Below, in pieces: positions 27,801-37,113 of a stretch of 64,000 nucleotides of DNA. The translations under genes were made by a program, and so were the position numbers. Each line of letters opens with the position of its first letter. Position 1 is the first letter of the stretch. The notes beneath the pieces are model-generated. The model saw nothing but the letters and a program-made list of their open reading frames with translations, searched no databases and was not told the DNA's origin. This DNA is from Bradymonadia bacterium (lineage in GTDB: Bacteria; Myxococcota_A; Bradymonadia; UBA7976; UBA1532). The stretch lies in NCBI GenBank assembly GCA_046290225.1, contig JBKAGE010000034.1, positions 512,001 to 576,000 of the forward strand, read 5' to 3'.

Positions 27801-29300
27801 CGCCGCCAGCATCCCCCCCAGGGCCACCATGGGCACCCCCGCCCCCGGGTGCGCGTATCCCCCCGTCAGGTAGAGCCCCGGCACCTTGCTCCACGCCGGC
27901 GGCCTCAGGAACGACGTCTTCCACGAGTGAGACGCCAGTCCGTACAGCGCTCCCCCCGTGTGGGGGAACAGCGCCTCGAAGCCCCGGGGATCGGTCCTGA
28001 GGGTGCCCGGGCTCAGCTCGATCTCCAGGCCGCATCGGCTCAGCTGTTGGCGCATCTGGGTCTCGCATGCCTCGATCATCTCCTCGTACTGGGCCGGGGG
28101 AGCGTCCCCGTCTGGGGGCGCGTTCACCAGGATCAACATCCGCTCTGCCTCACCTGAGGCCACGGGGCGGGCCCCGCGATCCTGAGCGCAGATGTAGACC
28201 GTCGGGGACTGGGGGGTTCTACGACGGGTGAAGACGTCTTTGAACTCTTCAGGGTAGTCATCGCCAAAGCAGACGTTGTGACGCACCAGCGGCCAGCCCA
28301 CTGCGGGGCTCACCGTGGCCCAGGTCACCGCCGATTGTGATCGCAGCGCGCGATCGGGGGCCTTCACGGCCTTCCGGGTGGCCTCGCCGAAGGCCCCGGC
28401 GGCGAGGGCGCCGGCGTCGGCGTTGCACACCACCACATCTGCCTGCACCCGCTCTCCAGTGGCAAGGGTCACGCCCACGGCGCGGCCCTGCTCCACCTCG
28501 ATGGCGGCAACCTCTGCGTCGCACCGCACCTCGCCCCCATGGGCTTCGATGAGGGTCGCGAGGGCCTCGGCGAGGCGGTACATGCCCCCCTCGACGTACC
28601 AGACCCCCTCCATCTCCACGTGGGCGATGAGGTTGAGGGTGGCCGGCGCCTGAAAAGGCGACGACCCTGCGTAGGTGGCGTAGCGGGCGAAGAGCTGCCG
28701 CAAGCGCGGATCGGGGAAGAACTTGCCCAGGGCCTTCCAGACCGTGCGCATGCTGTCGATGCGGGTGAGCCCCGCGAGGCCTCTCACGCCCCGACCGGCC
28801 ATCACCGTGGTGAGGGTGGGCCGCTGCGCCCGTATGAAAGGCCCCTCCACCTCGGCATAGATGCGGGCGGCGTAATCGCAGAACGCGCTGAAGCCCGCGG
28901 CTGCCTTGGGGCCCGCCAGCTCTCCGATGGCCTCTCGTGAACGTTGTCGATCAGCGAAGAGGTCGAGGCGGCTGCCCTCGGGCCAGGCGTGTCGGGCGAG
29001 GATCTCAGCCTGCCTCACGGGTACGCGCTCATCGAAGCTGGCCCCGGCGCGCTCGAAGAGCTCGTCGAAGACCCAGCGCATGGTGAGCACCGTGGGGCCG
29101 GCATCGATGCCCTGTCCCTCTGCGATGGGCAGCCCGTCGGGGCCATGGGGCCTCAAGCGGCGCATCTTGCCCCCGGGGGCCTGCCCCCGCTCGAGCACGG
29201 TGACCTGCATGCCCGTACGGGCCAGCTCCAAGGCAGCGCTCAGACCGGAGATGCCGGCGCCGACGATCACAGCCCGTCGAATTTTTGTAGTTGTGTTCAT
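27750..29300 (-). CDS. crtD: 1-hydroxycarotenoid 3,4-desaturase (CrtI family)
   Basis: 'VGAGISGL', 'DAGPTVLTMRWVF', 'RYATYAGSSPF', 'TGGALYG', 'GGYAHPGAGVPM', adjacent to crtC. Confidence 0.88.
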   Translation of the reverse strand: MNTTTKIRRAVIVGAGISGLSAALELARTGMQVTVLERGQAPGGKMRRLRPHGPDGLPIAEGQGIDAGPTVLTMRWVFDELFERAGASFDERVPVRQAEILARHAWPEGSRLDLFADRQRSREAIGELAGPKAAAGFSAFCDYAARIYAEVEGPFIRAQRPTLTTVMAGRGVRGLAGLTRIDSMRTVWKALGKFFPDPRLRQLFARYATYAGSSPFQAPATLNLIAHVEMEGVWYVEGGMYRLAEALATLIEAHGGEVRCDAEVAAIEVEQGRAVGVTLATGERVQADVVVCNADAGALAAGAFGEATRKAVKAPDRALRSQSAVTWATVSPAVGWPLVRHNVCFGDDYPEEFKDVFTRRRTPQSPTVYICAQDRGARPVASGEAERMLILVNAPPDGDAPPAQYEEMIEACETQMRQQLSRCGLEIELSPGTLRTDPRGFEALFPHTGGALYGLASHSWKTSFLRPPAWSKVPGLYLTGGYAHPGAGVPMVALGGMLAAEKIAADLALAPPSTSG

Positions 29301-29365
29301 GCTGCTCAAAGGGATGATCCGACACCAGACAAGTTGCCCCAACCTCAGCGGAGAGAACACCCTCC

Positions 29366-30913
29366 ATGACCGAGCCAACCCCTGAACGCCCCACCCCCGT
29401 CCCCAACCGGGGCCGTGAGCAGGTCGAATTCGCCACCGTCGATCTCGGTTCGAACAGCTTCCACATGGTGGTGGCCCGGGAGACAGCCGGCGGTCTGGTG
29501 ATGGTGGACAAGCTCCGCGAGCGCGTGCAGCTCGGGGCGGGCCTCGACGCTCAGCGTCGCCTCACCGCTGAAGCTCAACGCAGGGCCCTGGCCTGCCTCG
29601 CCCGGTTTGGCCAGCGGCTCAAGCACCTGCCCCAGGATCACGTGCGGGTGGTGGGCACCAACACCCTGCGCCGCGCCAAAGACTCGGGCGAGTTCATCAA
29701 GGACGCAGAGAAGTCCCTGGGTCACCGGATCGAGATCATCAGCGGCCGGGAGGAGGCCCGCCTGATCTACCTCGGGGTGGTGAACAGCGAGACCACCGAC
29801 GCCCACCGGCGCCTCGTGGTGGACATCGGCGGCGGCAGCACCGAGTGCGTCATCGGCGAAGAAGAGCGGCCGACCCACTCCCACAGCCTGCACATGGGCT
29901 GCGTGACCTACAGCAAGCGCTTCTTCCCGGGGGGCGCCATCAACGCCGAGCGGTTCCACGAGGCAGAGATCGCCGCCCGCCTGGAGCTGCGCACCATTCA
30001 GGCGAGGTTCCGGGTCGCGGGCTGGCATCGAGCCTTCGGCAGCTCCGGCACCGCCACCGCCGTGGCCCAGGTGCTTCAGGAGCACGGCTGGCAGGGGCCC
30101 AACGGCGAGATGACCCCCGAGGGTCTCAACCGCTTCAAAGATCATCTCATCGAGCGGGGCCACACCAATCGCCTGCAAGACATCCCCGGCCTCAAGCCGG
30201 AGCGCGCCACGGTGATCTGTGGTGGCCTCGCGATCTTGATCGCGGTCTTCGAGGGCTTGCGCATCCAGCAAATGTGGCCCGCCTCCGGCGCCCTGCGAGA
30301 AGGTCTGCTCTACGATCTGCTCGGCCGCGTGCACCAGAAAGACGTGCGAGAGAACACCGTGGCGCGCATGATGGAGCGCTACCAGATCGACCTCGACCAG
30401 GCCGAGCGCGTCGAGGCCTCGACGTGGCAGCTGTTCGAAGGGGCCATGGACGCCTGGGACATCGACCCCGCCCGCATGTGGCCCTTCGTGCGGTGGGCGG
30501 CCCGCATGTATGAGATCGGCCTCTCGGTGGCGTACAGCGGTTATCACAAGCACGGCGCCTACCTGCTGGCCAACAGCGACATGCCGGGCTTCTCCAAGGA
30601 AGACCAGGCTCTGCTCGCCGCCTTCGTACGCACCCACCGCCGCAAGCTGATCGCCGAGCGGTTCGAAGGGGTATCCGAGGCAGAGATCCCCGTGGCCATT
30701 CGTGCCTGTGTCCTGCTCCGGCTGGGGGTCAGGCTCAACCGCAGCCGCAGCCCCGAAGCCCAGCCAGAGATCGAGATCTTCGCCGGGGCGCCGAACACTC
30801 TGAAGCTGAAGTTCCCCGAGGGCTGGCTCGACGATCACCCCCTCACTCGAGCCGATCTCGAGGGTGAGGTCGAGCAGCTCAACGCCAACGGTTTCGATCT
30901 TGAAGTGAGCTAG
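29366..30913 (+). CDS. ppx: Exopolyphosphatase / Ppx-GppA family
   Basis: 'DLGSNSFHM', 'ISGREEARLIYLGV', 'DIGGGSTE', 'ALREG', and a C-terminal HD-like domain. Confidence 0.93.
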   Translation: MTEPTPERPTPVPNRGREQVEFATVDLGSNSFHMVVARETAGGLVMVDKLRERVQLGAGLDAQRRLTAEAQRRALACLARFGQRLKHLPQDHVRVVGTNTLRRAKDSGEFIKDAEKSLGHRIEIISGREEARLIYLGVVNSETTDAHRRLVVDIGGGSTECVIGEEERPTHSHSLHMGCVTYSKRFFPGGAINAERFHEAEIAARLELRTIQARFRVAGWHRAFGSSGTATAVAQVLQEHGWQGPNGEMTPEGLNRFKDHLIERGHTNRLQDIPGLKPERATVICGGLAILIAVFEGLRIQQMWPASGALREGLLYDLLGRVHQKDVRENTVARMMERYQIDLDQAERVEASTWQLFEGAMDAWDIDPARMWPFVRWAARMYEIGLSVAYSGYHKHGAYLLANSDMPGFSKEDQALLAAFVRTHRRKLIAERFEGVSEAEIPVAIRACVLLRLGVRLNRSRSPEAQPEIEIFAGAPNTLKLKFPEGWLDDHPLTRADLEGEVEQLNANGFDLEVS

Positions 30914-30940
30914 GCCCAGTCTAGGCCCAAAGCAGCCGCC

Positions 30941-33220
30941 TCAGCGGCTCAAGCCCATCAACCACACCTGAGCGGCGTGGGGCGGCGAGACCTGGCCCGT
31001 CACTCGGGTGACCTGTGTGTAGGTGCCATCGGGTTGGAGCAGCCAGGCTTGGGTGTCGTCCTTGAGATAGCTCAGCAAGCCCTCTTCTTTGATCCGGAGG
31101 AACAGCTCGGGATCCTCCACGGGGAAGCAGGCCTCCACCCGGCGGTGGAAGTTGCGCTCCATCCAGTCCGCAGAGGCGCAGTACACGACCTCGTCGCCGC
31201 CGTTCTCGAAATAGTACACCCGGGTGTGCTCCAGGAACCGGCCGACGATGGAGCGCACGCGAATGCGCTCGCTCAGTCCGGGCACGCCAGGGCGCAGGCA
31301 ACAGATGCCCCGGATGATGAGATCGATCTCCACCCCCGCCTGAGAGGCTTGATACAGCTGGGCGATGATGGCGGGCTCGGAGAGCGAGTTCATCTTGGCG
31401 ATGATGCGGGCCGGGCGCCCGGCTCTGGCGTGCTCCATCTCGCGGCGGATGTGCTCCACCATGGTCTTGTGCAGCCTGAAGGGGGCCTGGATCACCTTCT
31501 TGAAGGCGGTCAACCGGCCCAGGCCCGTGAGCTGCATGAACAGCTGGTGCACGTCGTGGCCCAAATCGGGATCCGCGGTCATGAGGCTGAAGTCGGTGTA
31601 GGCCTTGGCGGTGCCGGAGTGATAGTTCCCGGTGCCCAAGTGCACATATCGGCGCAGGCGGTTGCCCTCGCGGCGCACCACCAACAAGAGCTTGGCGTGG
31701 CACTTGTGCCCCACCACCCCGTACACCACGTTGGCGCCGGCCTCCTGCAGCTTGGTGGCGAGCCCGATGTTCGCCGCTTCGTCGAAGCGTGCCCGGAGCT
31801 CCACCACCGCGGTGACCTCCTTGCCCGAGCGGGCGGCCTCGATGAGGGCCTCCACGAGGGGGGACTTCTTCCCGGTGCGATAGAGCGTCTGCTTGATGGC
31901 CAGCACATCGGGATCTTGCGCCGCCTGTCGCACCATCTCCACCACAGGCGCGAAAGCGTCGAAGGGGTGGTGAAGCAACAAATCGTGCTTGCGCAGCGAG
32001 GCGAAGATGTCGGCCTTCTCGGACAGCCCTTCCGGCAAGCCCGGCGTAAAGGGGGTGTACTTGAGCTCGGGGCGGTCGACGAGATCGCACAAGGCCACGA
32101 GACGGTGCATGTTCACCGGGCCGTTCTCCCGGTAGAGATCGGCCTCGCTCAGCGCGAAGCGGCCCAGCAAGAAATCCACCATGTGCTGAGGGCAGTTCGC
32201 CGCCACCTCGAGGCGCACGCCGTCACCGAAGTTACGGTTCGCCAGCTCGCCCTTGAGGGCTCGGAGCAGATCGTCCACCTCTTCTTCGTCGACGAAGAGA
32301 TCACTGTTCCGAGTGACGCGGAACTGGTGACACCCCGTGATCTTCATGCCCGGGAACAGCTCACCGATGTGGGCGTGGATCACCGAGGAGATGAGCACGA
32401 AGTCGTCGGCCTTCCCCGAGACGGTCTCGGGGATCCCGATGATGCGGGGCAAGCACCGCGGCACCTGCAGCACCGCCACCCCGGAGTCGCGACCGAAGGC
32501 GTCGAGGCCCTCGAGGGACACGATGAAGTTGAGCCCCTTATTGAGCACACGAGGGAACGGGTGGGCCGGATCGAGGCCCATGGGCGTCAGGACCGGCAGG
32601 ACCTCGCGCTCGAAATACTCCTCGATCCAGGCTGCCTGCGCCGCGTCCCAGACCGACCGCTTGAGCAGGCGGATGCCCACCTCTTCAAGGGCAGGCAGAA
32701 TGTGCGTGTTCAGGGTCTCATACTGCTCGGAGACGAGGCCATGGGCGGTGTCGCTGATGCGCCGCAGGACCTCCTGGGGAGAGCGACCGTCAGGGCCCGT
32801 CTGGTTGAGACCGAAGGCCACCTGCTGCTTGTACCCGGCCACCCTCACTTCGAAGAACTCGTCGAGGTTCGAACACGAAATGGTGAGAAACCGCAGGCGC
32901 TCGAGCAAAGGCGTCGCCGGGTTCCGGGCCTGATAGAGCACCCGTCGGTTGAACTCCAGGACCGACAGCTCACGGTTGAAGAAGTCATCGGGGGTGACCG
33001 TGACGTGACCACCGAGGCCTTCGTAGATGGAAGGCGGCGCAGCGCTCTCAGAGGCATTGCCCTTCGCCGCCCGCCCCTTGGTGAGGGCCTTCCGCGGCGC
33101 CTTGGCGCTGGCCTTGCGCGTTGCGCCCCGAGTGGTGACGCGACCCCGGCGGGCGCCCTTGCTGGTGGACTTGGCCGCCTTCGAAGATGGGGCCTTCGTC
33201 GTCTTGTCGCTGGTGTTCAT
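30941..33220 (-). CDS. ppk1: Polyphosphate kinase 1
   Basis: 'NRELS', 'SNLDEFFEVRVAG', 'HPFP', 'KQTLYRT', 'ARFDE', 'HLGTGNY', 'AKMNSL', 'RFLEH', 'SADWM.RN'. Confidence 0.97.
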   Translation of the reverse strand: MNTSDKTTKAPSSKAAKSTSKGARRGRVTTRGATRKASAKAPRKALTKGRAAKGNASESAAPPSIYEGLGGHVTVTPDDFFNRELSVLEFNRRVLYQARNPATPLLERLRFLTISCSNLDEFFEVRVAGYKQQVAFGLNQTGPDGRSPQEVLRRISDTAHGLVSEQYETLNTHILPALEEVGIRLLKRSVWDAAQAAWIEEYFEREVLPVLTPMGLDPAHPFPRVLNKGLNFIVSLEGLDAFGRDSGVAVLQVPRCLPRIIGIPETVSGKADDFVLISSVIHAHIGELFPGMKITGCHQFRVTRNSDLFVDEEEVDDLLRALKGELANRNFGDGVRLEVAANCPQHMVDFLLGRFALSEADLYRENGPVNMHRLVALCDLVDRPELKYTPFTPGLPEGLSEKADIFASLRKHDLLLHHPFDAFAPVVEMVRQAAQDPDVLAIKQTLYRTGKKSPLVEALIEAARSGKEVTAVVELRARFDEAANIGLATKLQEAGANVVYGVVGHKCHAKLLLVVRREGNRLRRYVHLGTGNYHSGTAKAYTDFSLMTADPDLGHDVHQLFMQLTGLGRLTAFKKVIQAPFRLHKTMVEHIRREMEHARAGRPARIIAKMNSLSEPAIIAQLYQASQAGVEIDLIIRGICCLRPGVPGLSERIRVRSIVGRFLEHTRVYYFENGGDEVVYCASADWMERNFHRRVEACFPVEDPELFLRIKEEGLLSYLKDDTQAWLLQPDGTYTQVTRVTGQVSPPHAAQVWLMGLSR

Positions 33221-33230
33221 GGATCTGCTC

Positions 33231-33719
33231 TCAATGCTGCCCGTCGCCCATCAGGCGCAGCGCCTTGGGCGGCATAAATCCTCGGAGCACCATCCCTCCA
33301 GGGCGCGGTTGACCCTCGAGCCAGGCCACGCCCCCCTTCTTGAAGAGGAAGGCCCCGCCAAGGGCCCTCGGCCCGAGACACAGCTGGGCGGCGAGGTCGC
33401 TCATCCACGGCTCGTGGCCCACGAGGGCCACGTGGGCCCCTTCAATGGCCTCGAAGAGGGCGGGCCCTGGCGGCGCCGCCAGGGCGTCGAGGGTGTGCCT
33501 CGCCCCTTCGGGGTGGAGCGGTGCCAGCAGCTCGGCGGTCTGAACCGCACGACGCCAGGGGCTGTGATAGACCGCGTCAAAGGCGATCTCCATACAGGCG
33601 AGACCCCTGACCCCCTGTTCAAAACGAACTCGGCCTTCGTAGGTGAGGGCCCGCTCGGCGTCGGAGGCGCCTGGCAGCCGGGGCTCTGCGATGGCGTGTC
33701 TGATGAGATAAACGTGCAT
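33231..33719 (-). CDS. sixA: SixA-like histidine phosphatase
   Basis: 'LIRHAIA', 'SPWRRAVQTA', 'LVGHEP', 'FKKGG'. Confidence 0.85.
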   Translation of the reverse strand: MHVYLIRHAIAEPRLPGASDAERALTYEGRVRFEQGVRGLACMEIAFDAVYHSPWRRAVQTAELLAPLHPEGARHTLDALAAPPGPALFEAIEGAHVALVGHEPWMSDLAAQLCLGPRALGGAFLFKKGGVAWLEGQPRPGGMVLRGFMPPKALRLMGDGQH

Positions 33720-33804
33720 CGAAAGCAAACTGGCACAGTCCCCATCGAGGGACAAGTGCACCCTTTTTCAGTCAGCACCACAACCGCTCGCTACGATCAT
33801 CGTC

Positions 33805-34935
33805 ATGTTGAGCGCACCACACGACATCATCACAGGATCCACACGGGAGGGGCACATGCTCACCTGGATGCCGGGCACCTTGACCATGCTCGCCGTCATC
33901 GGCATCAGCAGCGGGTGCACCTTCTCTGCTCCCCGGTTCTCCGGGCCGGCACAGAAGCCCGCCCACGAGGGGGCGCCATTCGACGGCGAGAAGTTCCACA
34001 ACCGCCCCGAGGTGCCCCACGGCAGCTTCACCACCATGATGAAGTGGGTCAAGACGCGGGAGCCTGGGCATTGGGGGGATTTTACTGACCACCCACCAGG
34101 GCCCAAGCCCCTGACCCGGGTCGAGGGCGACGGACTGCGCGTCACCTTTGTGAACCACAGCACCTTCCTGATCCAGACCGCGGGGGTGAACCTGCTCACC
34201 GATCCCATCTGGGCCGAGCGCTGCAGCCCGGTCTCCTTTGCCGGGCCCAAGCGGGTGCGCCCACCGGGCATCAAGTTCGAAGATCTGCCCCCCATCGACG
34301 CGGTGCTCATCAGCCACAACCACTACGATCACCTCGACGCCGACACCCTTCGGCGCCTCGCGGAGCGCGATCAGCCCCAGGTCTTCGCCGGCCTGGGCAA
34401 CGCGGCATTGCTGCAAACTCTGGGGCTGGAGCACGCCATCGATCTGGACTGGTGGCAGTCCCGCTCCCTGGGATCGAACGTGAAGATCACCTTCGTCCCT
34501 GCTCAACACTTCTCCGGCCGGGGGCTCTCCGACCGGGACGCCACGTTGTGGGGTGGTTTTGTGATCGAGGGCCCTTGGGGGCCGATCTACTTCGCCGGAG
34601 ATACGGGCTTCGGGCCACACTTCCAGGCGATCCGTGACCACTTTGGCCCCATGCAGCTGGCGCTGCTGCCCATCGGCGCCTTCAAGCCCACGTGGGTCAT
34701 GTCGACGGTGCACATCAGCCCGATGGAGGCGGTGAAGGCCCACATGGTGCTCGATGCCGCCCAGTCGGTGGGCATGCACTTTGGCACCTTCCCCCTCGCT
34801 GACGATGGCGAGCACGAGCCTAAAGAGGCCCTCGACCGCGCCCTCACCGCCGCAGGTCTGCCCCACGACAGCTTCCGCACTTTGGGCTTCGGTGAAGGCT
34901 GGTCACCCAACCGGCGAGCCCTCACAGCGCGCTAG
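33805..34935 (+). CDS. MBL-fold metallo-hydrolase (NAPE-PLD/RomA-like), probable lipoprotein
   Basis: 'NHSTFL', 'LLTDPIW', 'SHNHYDHLD', 'PAQHFSGR', 'FAGDTG', 'MHFGTF'. Start uncertain. Confidence 0.88.
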   Translation: MLSAPHDIITGSTREGHMLTWMPGTLTMLAVIGISSGCTFSAPRFSGPAQKPAHEGAPFDGEKFHNRPEVPHGSFTTMMKWVKTREPGHWGDFTDHPPGPKPLTRVEGDGLRVTFVNHSTFLIQTAGVNLLTDPIWAERCSPVSFAGPKRVRPPGIKFEDLPPIDAVLISHNHYDHLDADTLRRLAERDQPQVFAGLGNAALLQTLGLEHAIDLDWWQSRSLGSNVKITFVPAQHFSGRGLSDRDATLWGGFVIEGPWGPIYFAGDTGFGPHFQAIRDHFGPMQLALLPIGAFKPTWVMSTVHISPMEAVKAHMVLDAAQSVGMHFGTFPLADDGEHEPKEALDRALTAAGLPHDSFRTLGFGEGWSPNRRALTAR

Positions 34936-34948
34936 GGCCAGTCTGGAT

Positions 34949-35644
34949 CTAGAGTCGCTCGATGGGCTCCACCGCCACCACCCGCACCCCACCATCAGCG
35001 CCAAACTGAAACCGTACATTTCGATCCCAGAGCTGAACGCCATAGATCCGCTCCGAGATCTCACCACGCCGGTAAGCTGGCCGAGGATCCTGACCGAGTA
35101 CTTGCTCCACGAGGGTGACGAAGTTGTGCTGTTTGACTTGCTCTGCGGCTTTCCGAGCGTCGGGCAACCACGTAACCGACAATATCGCCGGCGCCGCCTC
35201 TGCATACCCGCCTGAGGCGTCGGGCACCGCATCTGCAAAGGGCAGGTAGGGCTTGATGTCGTAAATGGGCGTCCCAGTGACGAGGTCCACGCCGCCCACC
35301 CTCAACCGCACAGCCTGACCTTCACCCTCCACGGAGATCAGCCGTACCACGCTGAGCCCCAGGCCGTTGGGCCGGTGGGTGCTCCTGCTGGCGAAGACCC
35401 CCACCTTCTGGTCCCCGCCCAACCTCGGCGGTCGAACCAGCGGTCGCCAACCACGATGAGCGGTCTGATGAAACCCGAAGATGAGCCACAGGTGACTGAA
35501 GCCCTCGATGCCCCTGATCCAGTCCGGGCCGCTGAAGTCAGGCTCGAAGACGATTTGGCCTTCGGCGGCCTCGGCGAGGCCGGGCTGTCGGGGCACGGCG
35601 AACTTCTCGCCATACGGGGTCTCGATGTGGGCGATGGGCTGCAT
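34949..35644 (-). CDS. tsaA: tRNA m6t6A37 methyltransferase TrmO (TsaA)
   Basis: 'KFAVPRQPGL', 'FSHLWLIFGFH', 'VRPPRLGG', 'GVFASRSTHRPN', 'GTPIYDIKPYLP'. Confidence 0.93.
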   Translation of the reverse strand: MQPIAHIETPYGEKFAVPRQPGLAEAAEGQIVFEPDFSGPDWIRGIEGFSHLWLIFGFHQTAHRGWRPLVRPPRLGGDQKVGVFASRSTHRPNGLGLSVVRLISVEGEGQAVRLRVGGVDLVTGTPIYDIKPYLPFADAVPDASGGYAEAAPAILSVTWLPDARKAAEQVKQHNFVTLVEQVLGQDPRPAYRRGEISERIYGVQLWDRNVRFQFGADGGVRVVAVEPIERL

Positions 35645-36651
35645 CAGCCCTCGTCATAGAGGGCCGCGGCCTTCTGAAGGCGCGTCCGCATGGCAGCCCG
35701 GGCCTCTTCAGGGGCCAGAATCTCCACACGGTCCCCGAGGGGCAGCAGCCTGCTGAAGATCTCCCCCTGGTGGGCGCTCACGTGGGCCACGAGGCCCTCC
35801 GGGGTCTCTTCGAGGCGCTGCTTGGGGTGGAACGGCGCGTCCCGCACCCACGAGGAGACGGAGACATCGAAGCGCACCACGAAGTCTCGCACCGGGCCCG
35901 ACTTGAAGCCGGTCAGCCCGTCGCCAAAGCGCTCCGAGGGGTCGAAGTCGAGATCAGGCGTGAACCGCGTGTCCAGCGCAGTGGCCCGCTCGAAACGGTC
36001 GAGCTTGTACATGCGCACCCGCCGGTCTTCAGGGGCATCTGGCACCGCAGCGAAGAGATAGATGCTGCCCCCAGTGAGCACGACGGAGCGGGGCTCCACC
36101 ACACGCTCGATGTGCTCACCCTTGCCGTTGACGTAGGCGATCTCCAGGAGTCGGTGCTGCATGATGGCCCGGTTGAAGGTGGACAGCATGCCCCGCTTGT
36201 CGGCGTAGTTCCGGGGCGGGGTGGTGTGGATGTAGAGGGCGCGCCGTTGCCGCTCGAACTGCCTCAACACGGGCTCGGGCAGCTGCTCTTCGAGCCTGCG
36301 CCACAGCAGCTCGATGCCTTCTCCGAAGGGGGTGTCCACCAACGGCGTCAGCAACGCCCGCCCTGCAGAGAGTCCCATGAGTTCGAGGGCCGAGAGCGTG
36401 ATTTGGGGTGCCGATTTGAGGCCCGGCCCGGCCTTCCAGACGGTCCCCCGCTCCTCGGCGTCGGTGTCGATGTCGAACCCGGCAGCCTGGAGCGCTTCGA
36501 GATCTCGCCGCACGGTCCGCTCGGAGAGCGTGGCGAGGCCCAGGTCATCGAGGATGGCCTCCCTCAGTTCGCCGAGCGTGTGCCCATAACGGGCCCTGGC
36601 GAGACATTGTACGAGGCGGTGTTGGCGGATGAGCTGATCGTTGCGAGCCAT
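35644..36651 (-). CDS. WYL-domain transcriptional regulator (wHTH-WYL-WCX; YafY/PafB/DriD-like)
   Basis: HTH 'SERTVRRDLEALQAAGF' and WYL region 'IAY...RVVEP...IYLFA...RMYKLDRF', followed by a C-terminal WCX-like segment. Confidence 0.9.
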   Translation of the reverse strand: MARNDQLIRQHRLVQCLARARYGHTLGELREAILDDLGLATLSERTVRRDLEALQAAGFDIDTDAEERGTVWKAGPGLKSAPQITLSALELMGLSAGRALLTPLVDTPFGEGIELLWRRLEEQLPEPVLRQFERQRRALYIHTTPPRNYADKRGMLSTFNRAIMQHRLLEIAYVNGKGEHIERVVEPRSVVLTGGSIYLFAAVPDAPEDRRVRMYKLDRFERATALDTRFTPDLDFDPSERFGDGLTGFKSGPVRDFVVRFDVSVSSWVRDAPFHPKQRLEETPEGLVAHVSAHQGEIFSRLLPLGDRVEILAPEEARAAMRTRLQKAAALYDEG

Positions 36652-36770
36652 GTCTCGCAAGGTAGCAGTTTGGGGGGCAGAAGCCACGTCAAATGGGGGG
36701 TGTCGTGAGGGGTTGCTGGTGCTCTGAAGTCCGGAGTGTCCTGGGGGCGCTCCGCGGGGTGAGAGAGTTT

Positions 36771-36802
36771 CGGGCACGGGCACGGGCACGGGCACGGGCA
36801 CG
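36771..36802. repeat. Hexamer microsatellite (CGGGCA)x5
   Basis: Five perfect CGGGCA units plus CG, about 120 bp upstream of the WYL gene start. Confidence 0.9.
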
Positions 36803-36943
36803 AGTCGAAGACCCTTGGTTTCACAGATGAATCATAGGGTTCGTCGAACGCACTTTTCGGCGTTGTGTGCGCCCTAAACGTCACTCGAAGATTGGAGAAG
36901 GTATCGACGCAGAAGAAGCCGAGTGGAGTCCACTCTCCGAACC

Positions 36944-37113
36944 GGCCCGCGGAGCTGCGGAGGGCTCGGGAGTGGGTGTCAGCGTCGTGAGGCGTGGTGG
37001 CTGAGTGGTGACTCAACCGCAGGCGCAGCAGCGCTGCGTCGAGGATTGCGGCGCCGCTCAGACGCCGCGCCTCACGACGCTGGCGCCCGCTCACGAGGCC
37101 GTAGCAGCGGAGC
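36944..37113 (+). repeat. Dispersed structured element, copy B
   Basis: Arms 36962-37014 and 37048-37100, core 37015-37047 (AACCGCAGGCGCAGCAGCGCTGCGTCGAGGATT). The 3' end overlaps the last codons of the DUF932-like gene. Confidence 0.85.

Noticed and set aside
30977..33277. 766-aa ORF antisense to ppk1 (likewise 13154-14440, 14593-15879, 15842-17845, 43149-45584)
   Set aside because: Fully overlaps well-supported housekeeping genes on the opposite strand.
36944..37113. Structured element as an integron attC site, 6S RNA or SRP RNA
   Set aside because: No RYYYAAC/GTTRRRY boxes or integrase. Multiple divergent copies and the lack of the characteristic bubble or loop motifs argue against 6S and SRP RNA.
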